A DNA stretch of 64,000 nt from Lingula anatina (taxonomy: Eukaryota > Animalia > Brachiopoda). The notes under the pieces were generated by a model. That model made no database searches and was not told the DNA's origin. It was given only the letters and a program-made list of their open reading frames with translations. Numbering within the stretch: the stretch's first letter is position 1; every line of letters starts with the position of its first letter. The stretch is taken from contig CM120643.1 in assembly GCA_051362555.1 (NCBI GenBank), positions 7,254,001 through 7,318,000 on the forward strand, in the 5' to 3' direction. Position numbers and translations under genes: made by a program. Shown here piece after piece: positions 25,001 to 36,884 of this stretch.

Positions 25001-28000
25001 GTGTTTCTGAAATTTGTACAAATGATGCTTAACATCAATAAAAACCTGTGATAAGCTGATCAAATGACTGTGTCTAATGAAAAGTATCTTCTTTCGACAA
25101 TATCCTTGAAAAAACTGAAAATTACACTGAAAAATCTGACAAATTCCATGGCTTAAAATAGTTAAATGTTAATAATTTTGCAATGTGATTATAAAATAAA
25201 ATAGCAAATGTGATGATTTGAGGTTGTTTGTGTAGGAGGTTGCAAATTACCTATAAATGTTATCTGAAAAACAATATATACCCATACAAGACTTCTCCTT
25301 ACTATCAATGTCAGATGCAGATTACTCCTTACAATGGGTTTCTGGAATGGGTTGTTGCTATCACAGTATTTGACAATGTCCTAAATCTTGCCACATATCA
25401 TGTATTGTACACATGGATAAGACATAGTGCTGCTCTTGGTGCTGTCTTTCACTGCCTGCATCTTCATGGTAAGGGTACTCTGGAAAAAGAACAATATAAC
25501 TGAAAAAAACTGAAAATAACATAAAAAACGCTGGCAAATTCCATGATAAAAAATAGTTAAATGTTAATAATTTTGTCAAATCTTGTCCAATATTTCTGAA
25601 ACTTGTACAAATGATGCATAACAAAAATATAAATCTGTGATTAGATGATCTGTTGACTGCATCTAATGAAAAGTGTTTTTTGGGACAACATATTTGGGAA
25701 AACTGAAATTTACATTGAAAACACTAGCAAATCCCATGATTTAAAATAGTTAAATGTTAATAAAATTTTCAAATCTTGTCCAATATTTCTGAAATTGGTG
25801 CAAATGATGCTTAACAATAATAAAAATCTGTGATTAGACGATCTGTTGACTGTATCTAATGAAAAGTGTTATTTGGGACAACATATTTGGGAAAAATGAA
25901 ATTTACACTGAAAAGACTGGCAAATCCAAGGACTTCAAATAGTTAAACGTTAATAATTTTGTCAAATCTAGTCCAGTGTTTCTGAAATTTGTACAAATGA
26001 TGCTTAACAACAATAAAAACCTGTGATAAGCTGATCAAATGACTGTGTCTAATGTAAAGGATCTTCTTTCGACAATATCCTTGAAAAAACTGAAAATTAC
26101 ACTGAAAAATCTGGCAAATTCCATGGCTTAAAATAGTTAAATGTTAATAATTTTGCAATGTGATTATAAAATAAAATAGCAAATGTGATGATTTGAGGTT
26201 GTTTGTGTAGGAGGTTGCAAATTACCTATAACTGTTATCTGGAAAACAATATATACCCAAACAAGACTTCTCCTTACTATCAATGTCAGATGCAGATTAC
26301 TCCTTACAATGGGTTTCTGGAATGGGTTGTTGCTATCACAGTATTTGACAATGTCCTAAATCTTGCCACATATCATGTATTGTACACATGGATAAGACAT
26401 AGTGCTGCTCTTGGTGCTGTCTTTCACTGCCTGCATCTTCATGGTAAGGGTACTCTGGAAAAAGAACAATATAACTGAAAAAAACTGAAAATAACATAGA
26501 AAACGCTGGCAAATTCCATGACAAAAAATAGTTAAATGTTAATAATTTTGTCAAATCTTGTCCAATATTTCTGAAATTTGTACAAATGATGCTTAACAAC
26601 AATAAAAATCTGTGATAAGCTGATCAGTTGACTGTGTCAAATGAAAAGTGTCTTTTTGTGACAATATATTTGGGAAAACTGAAATTTACATTGAAAAGAC
26701 TGGCAAATCCAAGGACTTCAAATAGTTAAATGTTAATAATTTTGTCAAATCTTGTCCAATATTTCTGAAATTTGTACAAATGATGCTTAACAACAATAAA
26801 AAACTGTGATTAGATGATCTGTTGACTGCATCTAATGAAAAGTGTTTTATGGGACAACATATTTGGGAAAACTGAAATTTATATTGAAAAGACTGGCAAA
26901 TCCAAGGACTTCAAATACCTGTAGTTAAATGTTAATAATTTTGTCAAATCTAGTCCAGTGTTTCTGAAATTTGTACAAATGATGCTTAACAACAATAAAA
27001 ACCTGTAATAAGCTGATCAAATGACCGTGTCTAATGAAAAGTATCTTCTTTCGACAATATCCTTGAAAAAACTGAAAATTACACTGAAAAATCTGGCAAA
27101 TTCCAGGGCTTAAAATAGTTAAATGTTAATAATTTTGCAATGTAATTATAAAATAAAATAGCAAATGTGATGATTTGAGGTTGTTTGTGTAGGAGGTTGC
27201 AAATTACCTATAACTGTTATCTGGAAAACAATATATACCCATACAAGACTTCTCCTTACTATCAATGCCAGATGCAGATTACTCCTTACAATGGGTTTCT
27301 GGAATGGGTTGCTGTTATCACAACATTTGACAATGTCCTCAGTCTTGCCACATATCATGTATTGTACACATGAATAAGACAAAGTGCTGCTCTTGGTGCT
27401 GTCTTCGCTGCCTGCATCTTCATGTTAAAGGTACTCTGGAAAAAGAACAATATAACTGAAAAAACTGAAAATAACATAGAAAACGCTGGCAATTCAATGA
27501 CATAAAATAGTTAAACGTTAATAATTTTTTCAAATCTTGTCCAATATTTCTGAAATTTGTACAAATGATGCTTAACAACAATAAAAACCTGTGATTAGAT
27601 GATCTGTTGACTGCATCTAATGAAAAGTGTTTTTTGGGACAATATATTTGGGAAAACTGAAATTTACATTGGAAACACTGGCAAATCTCATGACTTAAAA
27701 TAGTTAAACATTAATTAAATTTTCAAATCTTGTCCAATATTTCTGAAATTTGTACAAATGATGCTTAACAATAATAAAAATCTGTGATTAGATGATCTGT
27801 TGACTGTATCTAATGAAAAGTGTTTTTTGGGACAACATATTTGGGAAAAATGAAATTTTCATTGAAAAGACTGGCAAATCCAAGGACTGCAAATAGTTAA
27901 ACGTTAATAATTTTGTCAAATCTAGTCCAGTGTTTCTGAAATTTGTACAAATGATGCTTAACAACAATAAAAACCTGTGATAAGCTGATCAAATGACTGT

Positions 28001-29140
28001 GTCTAATGAAAAGTATCTTCTTTCGACAATATCTTTGAAAAAACTGAAAATTACACTGAAAACACTGGCAAATCCCATGACATAAAATAGTTAAACATTA
28101 ATAATTTTGTCAAATCTAGTCCAGTGTTTCTGAAATTTGTACAAATGATGCTTAACAACAATAAAAACCTGTGATAAGCTGATCAAATGACTGTGTCTTA
28201 TGAAAAGTATCTTCTTTTGGCAATATCCTTGAAAAAATTGAAAATTACACTGAAAAAATCTGGCAAATTCAAGGGCTTAAAGTAGTTAAATGTTAATAAT
28301 TATGCAATGTGATTATAAAATAAAATAGCAAATGTGATGATTTGAGGTTGTTTGTGTAGGAGGTTGCAAATAACCTATAGTTGTTATCTGGAAAACAATA
28401 TATACCCATACAAGACTTCTCCTTACTATCAATGCCAGATGCAGATTACTCCTTACAATGGGTTTCTGGAATGGGTTGCTGTTATCACAACATTTGACAA
28501 TGTCCTCAGTCTTGCCACATATCATGTATTGTACACATGGATAAGACATAGTGTTGCTCTTGGTGCTGTCTTTCGCTGCCTGCATCTTCATGTTAAAGGT
28601 ACTCTGGAAAAAGAACAATATAACTGAAAAAAATGAAAATAACATAGAAAATGCTGGCAAATTCCATGACATAAAATAGTTAAACGTTAATAATTTTTTC
28701 AAATCTTGTCCAATATTTCTGAAATTTGTACAAATGATGCTTAACAATAATAAAAATCTGTGATAAGCTGATCAGTTGACTGTGTCAAATGAAAAGTGTC
28801 TTTTTGTGACAATATACTTGGGAAAACTGAAATTTACATTGAAAAGACTGGCAAATCCAAGGACTTCAAATAGTTAAACGTTAATAATTTTGTCAAATCT
28901 AGTCCAGTGTTTCTGAAATTTGTTCAAATGATGCTTAACAACAATAAACACCTGTGATAAGCTGATCAAATGACTGTGTCTAATGAAAAGTATCTTCTTT
29001 CGACAATATCTTTGAAAAAACTGAAAATTACACTGAAAACACTGGCAAATCCCATGACATAAAATAGTTAAACGTTAATAATTTTGTCAAATCTTGTCCA
29101 ATGTTTCTAACATTTGTACAAATGATGCTTAACAATAATT
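22040..29140. repeat. Higher-order tandem array: ~197-bp monomers interspersed with a ~385-bp exon-bearing cassette
   Basis: The cassette (tttgaggttgtttgtgtagg...ctggaaaaagaac) starts at ~23040, 24221, 25197, 26172, 27154 and 28321 (spacing 975-1181 bp), separated by 3-4 monomer variants. A partial cassette lies at ~22040-22180. Confidence 0.95.
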
Positions 29141-29884
29141 TAAATATATGTTGGAATTTACAACAGGTGACTATATACAACTTTTTCAATAGCAGTATAT
29201 GAATCAGCTGTGCAACAATTTTTGAAAAGGAATAATATCTGTAATTTAAAATCTGGAACATAATTTATATCTTATTTTCTAACACAGAAATTTTAATTTT
29301 CTGCATAAAATGAACCCATTACCTGTCTCTCAATCCATGTGTGTACTAAATTGACAAGCAATCTTTACAGCTTCATGAAGGCCATTACCCAGTGCACTAC
29401 CTGACAACCCATTTCTTTGATATCCATCTTCATTCTAAGCAATACTTACTACACCCTTCCTCATCACTGTTATCTCTACAGTCATTGTTGTGGTCACATC
29501 TTCATGATAAGTTGATAAAGCAGCCATTATCACATACATACTTATATGGAGGACATGTGTGATCCACAGGAAGACAATAAAAAATACATCTTTAAAACAA
29601 TCTACTTTATTTTCAAGTGTCTTAAAAACTGTTCCTTCAATTTCTTTGACAAAGCAATAAAATATCCGAAAGATTTATATAAAAATTCTTACATCAGTAG
29701 CAACACAAAATCACTCAAATATCAGGTATTACATTGAACAAGAAGAAAACTTGCTGAAAGGCTGTAATTAAGCAGCATTACAGATTCAAAAACTCACTGA
29801 AATATGTAAAAATCTAGAAGACAATGCAATCATCTTATGACGATTTATGAAACTCTATTGTTATCTGACCATCTTGAAAATGTT

Positions 29885-31208
29885 AGTCTGGAGTCATTGT
29901 TTTTTTTTTTTTTTTTTTAAGTATAGTCCCGTGTCTCCTAGTACAGTGTAGTAGTCTGGAGTCATTGTGTTCCATTGTGGCAGTATAGTCCTGTGCCTCC
30001 TATACAGTGTAGTAGTCTGGAGTCATTGTGTTCCATTGTGGCAGTACAGTCCTGTGCCTCCTAGTACAGTGTAGTAGTCTGCAGTCATTGTGTTCCATTG
30101 TGGCAGTACAGTCCTGTGCCTCCTAGTACAGTGTAGTAGTCTGCAGTCATTGTGTTCCATTGTGGCAGTACAGTCCTGTGCCTCCTAGTAGAGTGTAGCA
30201 GTCTGGAGTCATTGTGTTCCATTGTGGCAGTACAGTCCTGTGCCTCCTAGTACAGTGTAGTAGTCTGCAGTCATTGTGTTCCATTGTGGCAGTATAGTCC
30301 TGTGCCTCCTAGTACAGTGTAGTAGTCTGCAGTCATTGTGTTCCATTGTGGCAGTATAGTCCTGTGCCTCCTAGTACAGTGTAGTAGTCTGCAGTCATTG
30401 TGTTCCATTGTGGCAGTATAGTCCTGTGCCTCCTAGTACAGTGTAGTAGTCTGGAGTCATTGTGTTCCATTGTGGCAGTACAGTCCTGTGCCTCCTAGTA
30501 CAGTGTAGTAGTCTGCAGTCATTGTGTTCCATTGTGGCAGTACAGTCCTGTGCCTCCTAGTACAGTGTAGTAGTCTGCAGTCATTGTGTTCCATTGTGGC
30601 AGTACAGTCCTGTGCCTCCTAGTAGAGTGTAGCAGTCTGGAGTCATTGTGTTCCATTGTGGCAGTACAGTCCTGTGCCTCCTAGTAGAGTGTAGTAGTCT
30701 GGAGTCATTGTGTTCCATTGTGGCAGTACAGTCCTGTGCCTCCTAGTACAGTGTAGTAGTCTGGAGTCATTGTGTTCCATTGTGGCAGTACAGTCCTGTG
30801 CCTCCTAGTACAGTGTAGTAGTCTGCAGTCATTGTGTTCCATTGTGGCAGTATAGTCCTGTGCCTCCTAGTACAGTGTAGTAGTCTGCAGTCATTGTGTT
30901 CCATTGTGGCAGTATAGTCCTGTGCCTCCTAGTACAGTGTAGTAGTCTGCAGTCATTGTGTTCCATTGTGGCAGTATAGTCCTGTGCCTCCTAGTACAGT
31001 GTAGTAGTCTGCAGTCATTGTGTTCCATTGTGGCAGTATAGTCCTGTGCCTCTTAGTACAGTGTAGTAGTCTGCAGTCATTGTGTTCCATTGTGGCAGTA
31101 TAGTCCTGTGTCTACTAGAACAGTGTAGTAGTCTGGAGTCATTGTGTTCCATTGTGGCAGTATAGTCCTGTGCCTCCTAGTACAGTGTAGTACAGTGTAG
31201 TGTGGAGT
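29885..31208. repeat. 62-bp minisatellite, about 21 near-identical copies
   Basis: Unit gtagtagtctgcagtcattgtgttccattgtggcagtacagtcctgtgcctcctagtacagt, with no spacers. Confidence 0.97.
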
Positions 31209-31379
31209 CAGATGATAGACTGGAAAAGACAAAAAAAGTCAATGACCAGGGTTTTTCCTCAAGATCCAGAATATTAGAATTACATCAAATAAACTGCAAA
31301 GAAATATTTTATAAAATAAATTTACCAAAAAAAGTGTTGATGTAAGTCAAGGCTGAAGCATACACTGTACCAGTACTGA

Positions 31380-32185
31380 TGTAACGGGGCCGGTGAGGTT
31401 GTTTGGCGTGTGCGCGGAGGTTCGTAAGAAGGACACAACAGTCTAAGATAGGTTTCCCTATTAATACAGTTTATTACTTTAACCCGTTACATATACAGGG
31501 ACATCTAGCTCAGGTAGGCACAGCGCTACGGTAAGACAGTGACCCAATCGTTCCCTCGATCTAGGCTCTGATTGACCCGGCTGTCCTCAGTCCTCAGTCT
31601 CCCTCTCGTGCTCTCGTCGTTGCTGGTCACTCTGACGTCCCTGGGATCGGTCTAGCGTTAGTTCTCTGGTGTAGAAATCGGGACGCCCTTAATACTGAAT
31701 TTTGAGGGTGAGGTCACTGTTTACCGTGCCTGATGGTGACAGGATATTTCTCTTTATATAAACAGTTACTAGTTATACTGGCTACTTGGCCTTAAACTTC
31801 TATTGCATATTTCGCTCGTTGATAAAACAATACTTTCACCCGTAATTGATGATTAATAAACATAATACCGGGCGCTTACTATAATACGTGTGCGGCCCTT
31901 CGAATGTATAATCTCATAAGGCTCGATGGTCACAATTGCATCTTCAGTTAAGGTAGCACCGTCCAACACCGACTTTCAAGATAGCTTAAGATTTCTCTGT
32001 ACCTTTGAGAGATTAAAGGATAATCACTTGGAATTGCTCTTGCAGAAAATCCGAGATAAAAATAGAGATGACAGCGGTGTGACTAATATATTCACAGGAA
32101 GCCAGGTGTGGCATTGGTCTATTACACAGAAGTTTTAATTACTAAATGTTATGTAAAAGCTCATCTTGCTACCAACTGCGTTACA
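31380..32185. mobile_element. Solo LTR (gypsy-like), 806 bp
   Basis: TGTAACG...CGTTACA inverted termini with 4-bp TSD ctga on both sides; CpG-richer than its flanks; internal TATA-like tttatataaa near 31755. Confidence 0.75.
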
Positions 32186-32599
32186 CTGATATTAAAGAGG
32201 TGGGTTTATGGTGCTTTCTGAAACTCGGGATGGTAGTGCTAGTTCACGTAAGTGGACACGCCATGGGAAGTTTTAGTTGTTCATAGTTAAGTTCATATAT
32301 TACTATTTCGACAGATGACTCAAAAGAAACAAGAAAAATGCCCACTTAAAATAAAAATTATATTAGAAGGCATAACGTCAGCTCTCCAATTAATTATCTC
32401 ACCTTCATAAGCCATTGGGTAATTACAGAAGAAAAGAGAATGGAAAAGTTGAAGTAGATGACGGCTTGCAATCGTGTCAGTTTTCCAAAAACACTTTTAA
32501 TCTGCAGCGTCAAGGTTCTGCAGCACATTGTAAAATCTTCACCAGCACATTGCATCGTGATGTGAACAGTGAACAACTGACACAGTCGATACCATGGCA

Positions 32600-33100
32600 T
32601 ATGTATCCGTCACTTTAGATGTCTCATCCTGAATTCACTGATTAAGTTTTTCAATAGAATCTATAACAAAACCATCTAAGAAAAGTGTCCTGATGTATGG
32701 GGAAACTCAGTGTGCAGAACGTTTGATGAAAATTCCGACTTTTCAACGTCACTCTTTGCCTAGTCTACGCCATATAAAAATTGTTAAGTATAGATGGCGC
32801 TATGCAAGAGGTGAGACTTAGGATTTGTAAAGGACTGCGGCCAGTATCAGCAACAGGTTCACCGCCTGCTTTCTTAGAAACTCGTGCGAGGAGTGAGAGA
32901 GTTCTGGAACCGCAACAGATATGACCAGGATCCAGGCACTGTGATATATATAACGATATATTGTGATTTCTATTTAGTAGAAAGACTCAAGGTCGAGAGC
33001 GTCAACGAAGCGTAAATCTGATTGGTTTAAAGTTAAGGAAACAATACAGGAACCGTCCAATGAAATTCTTTTATACAATAATTATTCCTGTTTATTGTTT
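32600..33100. promoter_or_regulatory. Candidate bidirectional promoter/5' region
   Basis: CpG-retaining stretch with a YY1-like agatggcg (~32792); + strand donor gag|gtgaga at ~32811; - strand donor at 32403. Confidence 0.35.
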
Positions 33101-33128
33101 TAGTAAACAAAGCAAATTAAAAGAGACA

Positions 33129-36100
33129 ATGTCTACACAGTCGCTGGTAAGTTTTATTTTTTATTCAAATCTGAATTTCTGTAGCAAGTTCAATGTAAGC
33201 CCACACAGCGCCTTTTTGTCCATCGTTCATGATTTTTTTTTATGTGATTAATTAATATTCTAAATGAAATTCTTAAAAATTTATTGTCACATGACGATAT
33301 GCTGATCATTCTGGTAATGGTACAAATGTAGTTTACATCACAAACTACCAAATAAAGATACAGAATTCTATGTATCCCGTTAACATGATTTCTTCAAATT
33401 ATTGTACATATTGCAGATGAAAGCTAATATGGAAAATGAAATAAATAAAGAAGAACAGTGTGCTCGTAAGTTGTGTGCGTGTTTGTATAATCAGACTATA
33501 TGTGTTTTATAATACAACGGGCCTAAAACTACTCTTGCAGTTTTTTGTTGTTAGATCTATATAAATAAAAAAAAAGATTTAATTTGTTCATAATAAGAAA
33601 GTAAGATATCCTATTCTTTATTTACATTAATTAAGTGGTCAGTTTGAATGTCTGTAATGTAAATATCAAAAACGATATATTGATAGTATTTCTTGTTATT
33701 TTACTTTTTACTTTGAACAGCCAAGGCCACTGTAAGAGTTTTCTTAACCAACAACTATTTAAAGGCCAAAGTGGTGGGCAGGGGAACTGCCCTCGGGGGA
33801 TGGGACCCCCAGAAAGGTGTGAACCTATCAAGGTTCACTGATATGGAGGCCCCATCCCTCAGGGCAGAGTTTCTCCTGCCCAAGGGCTCAAATATAGAAT
33901 GGAAATTCATTAAGCCACAAAATGTAAGTATGAGACTTTTTTTTCACAAAAATAATGATCTCAGGTAAAAATGATTTTCTTTAAAATTGAAAAAGAAAAT
34001 TTAAAGTCTGATACATTTAAGTATTTATTAAAACCTTCATTCATTTCTTCTAGTGTATTTGATTTATCAGAGATTGTATGTATTAGTAAACATTTTATTT
34101 TTCATTTTAGAAATTAACATATCTTTAAGTTATTTATTTGTTTGTTTTTTCATTCATTCATTCAGTCTTTAAATTTATTTAGCCTTACCACCCTGGGTCT
34201 GGCTGGACATGGGAGCCTGAACCCTTTAGGAACAGGTGCCTCCAGGTGACCACTAAGGACAGCATGGAAGTGACCTGTACTTGGGGAGAACCGGACATGG
34301 AAATAAAAGGTGCTTGAACTCATAATTCTCGTAACCTTTTATATCTGTCATGTACAACATTTGGGAATAAAAGATTACTTGATCTCACTATCCTATAAAA
34401 AAACTGTAGAAAAATGATGAAATGGTCCTTTAATATTGTCAAATACATTTAAGACTTTATTTTAGTGTATATCATAACTTGTAAATAATAAATAAATGTG
34501 CCATCTTATTCCAGAGTGGGACTACATGTACAAACCTGAAGTCCACACAAGTGGTAAGTCCACACCATTGCTCTATTCAATCAACTTGATGCATTTTTTA
34601 TCTTTTAGGAAGGATTCATGAAATAAAATTACAACAACACCCTGACTCACAGGGTGCAAGTTTGGACCCTCAGGGGCTGTTGGCAATGAATTTGGAGACC
34701 TAGCTAATGTGCACTGACTCCATGGAAACTCTCACTGAATACAATCAGATTAACAGACTAACACACTTCTTTTTGTCTCCAACATACTCCAACATACTCA
34801 CATAAATGGTATTCCTAAAAATTCAATTTTGTTCTTTAAGGTGATACGAAAGAATGAATAATGTAGCAATTGTTAAGACCCTAAGCATTGAGGAACTAGG
34901 TAAGGCTGGAATCTTAGTAAAATAATTATGAATTTTTATATACTTGCACTTACGCATGCACTAACAAACACACATGCACATACACACTGCAAGCATGTTG
35001 CTCAAGCAAAGTCTATTTTTTAGCATACTTAAGAAGGTTATTTATTTTTATGTCAATTAAATCTTTGAATGTGTCTTCATCAAAGTGTAATGGGCCTACT
35101 GAATCCTTTTTGAACATGCACAGATATGGAATGTTAAGTTTGTATTTTTAAATATTAAAATATTATTAAATATCATTTTTTTCTTTAGCTGATATCAAAG
35201 ACACAAAGAGTGTGTCAGATGCTGAGGGCAGTGAGGAGAGAGGTAAGACAGTAAGATCAATTAAACAGGTGTTCATTTAAAACACTTAAAAATTTACATA
35301 CACACAAACAGGCTCTCAGACACAAACAGGGGCAAATTGAGGCCATCTTCTGGGTCTTCTGGAAGATGGTCAGAAGTTTACATTGTTGGGGATTTAATTT
35401 TTTGTCAGAAGACAGTCCACAATGGAGGATGGATCAACAAACATAATTTGCAAGACTATCAGAAAATCTCTCTAGATCGGGCCCCTTACAAACATTGTGT
35501 TTTTATTCCCTGTTCAGTGATCTAAATCTCTGAATACATCTTTGACTGTGGTATTGAATCCTTGTTGTGCATGGGCATGGAATGCTGAATTTGTTTAATT
35601 TTTTTCCTTCAGTTGATGTCAAAGACACAACAACCATCACAGAGGATGTGAAGGAGAGAGGTAAGACAGCAGGGTCAATATAATAAGTAGCTATTTATAA
35701 TACTGATGATATGTGATTATACATGTGCATGCATGCACACACACACACACACACGCACACGCACACACACACAAACCAAGGTACTGTACTTGCATGCATG
35801 TTGCACATGCAAAGTCTGGCCTTTGACAGACTGAAGAATATACTTTATCTTTTAAAGAATAAATGCCTTTGCTGTGTATAATGATTGAACATGCATACGA
35901 ATGTCTTGAAAATTCAATTCTGTTCTTTCAGTTGATACCAAAGTGAAAGACAAGAACAATGTAACACTTGTGAAGACGCTAAGCATGGAGGAGATAGGTA
36001 AGACAGGAATCTCGATAAAATTTAAATTTAATATACTATTGAAACATCCGTGCACACACACACATACACTAACAAACACACATATACACACACACTGCAT

Positions 36101-36659
36101 GCATGTTGCTCAAGCAAAGTCTTAATTATACTTTAAAAAATAATTTATTTTAAAGTCAATTAAACATTTGGATGTGTCTTCAACAAACTGTATTAAACTA
36201 TTGAATCCTATTTGGACAAGCGCAGACATGGAATATGAAGTTTTTATTTGATATCATTTTTTCTTTAGACAATATCAAAGACACAAAGATTGAGTCAGAT
36301 GCTGAGGACATCAAAGAAAAAGGTAAGACAATGAGCTTAGGACAATTTAACAGGGATTCATTTAAGACAGTTGAAAATTGTAAACACACAGATGGACTTT
36401 AGGGGGGAGACTCACACACAAACACTGAAATTTAATTAATTAATTAAGGGATCTAAAACTTTGAATGTGTCTTTGACTATATTTAATAACATATTGAATC
36501 CTTGTTGTGCAGGTTTTATTTGTTTTCCCCCATCTTTCTTCAGTCAATATCAAAGACACAAAATCTGTGATGGCAGACGTGAAGGAGAGAGAGGTAAGAC
36601 AGTAGGGCCAATAGAATAGGGATCTATTTATTATGTGATTGTGTATGTACACACATGTG

Positions 36660-36696
<37 letters not shown>

Positions 36697-36840
36697 CTTA
36701 TGTTGTGCCAACACAGTTTGTGCTTTTGGAAAGTTTAAAATGATACTTGGCAAATTTGTTCATTCCAAATACTGGTAAAAGTGTTACAATGCAGCTCCAT
36801 ACATGAAATATGATGTGGCACTGACTACTTATTGAATTGT

Positions 36841-36884
<44 letters not shown>

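Larger units (their letters stand above)
10549..32600 (-). ncRNA. Putative multi-exon long non-coding transcript divergent from the CBM20 gene
   Basis: Minus-strand donor atgaag|gtgaga at 32403; acceptor ttttttgtcttttccag at ~31220; donor at ~29322; repeated 154-nt plus 13-nt AG/GT-bounded exons in each array cassette; related exons at 10549-10748. No consistent ORF. No expression evidence. Confidence 0.4.

Noticed and set aside
22040-29140. Repeated 88-144 aa ORFs (MCRRLQITY..., MLLSIICTNF...) as a protein gene family
   Set aside because: They are by-products of the tandem array, occur on both strands, often use non-ATG starts, run across apparent splice sites and have no recognisable domain.
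29885-31208. CRISPR-like array
   Set aside because: The units are contiguous near-identical 62-mers with no unique spacers, no cas genes, and a eukaryotic context.
32394-32618. Overlapping 67-68 aa ORFs as genes
   Set aside because: No recognisable motif; the - strand ORF runs over a splice donor and the next putative exon is a stop-containing minisatellite.
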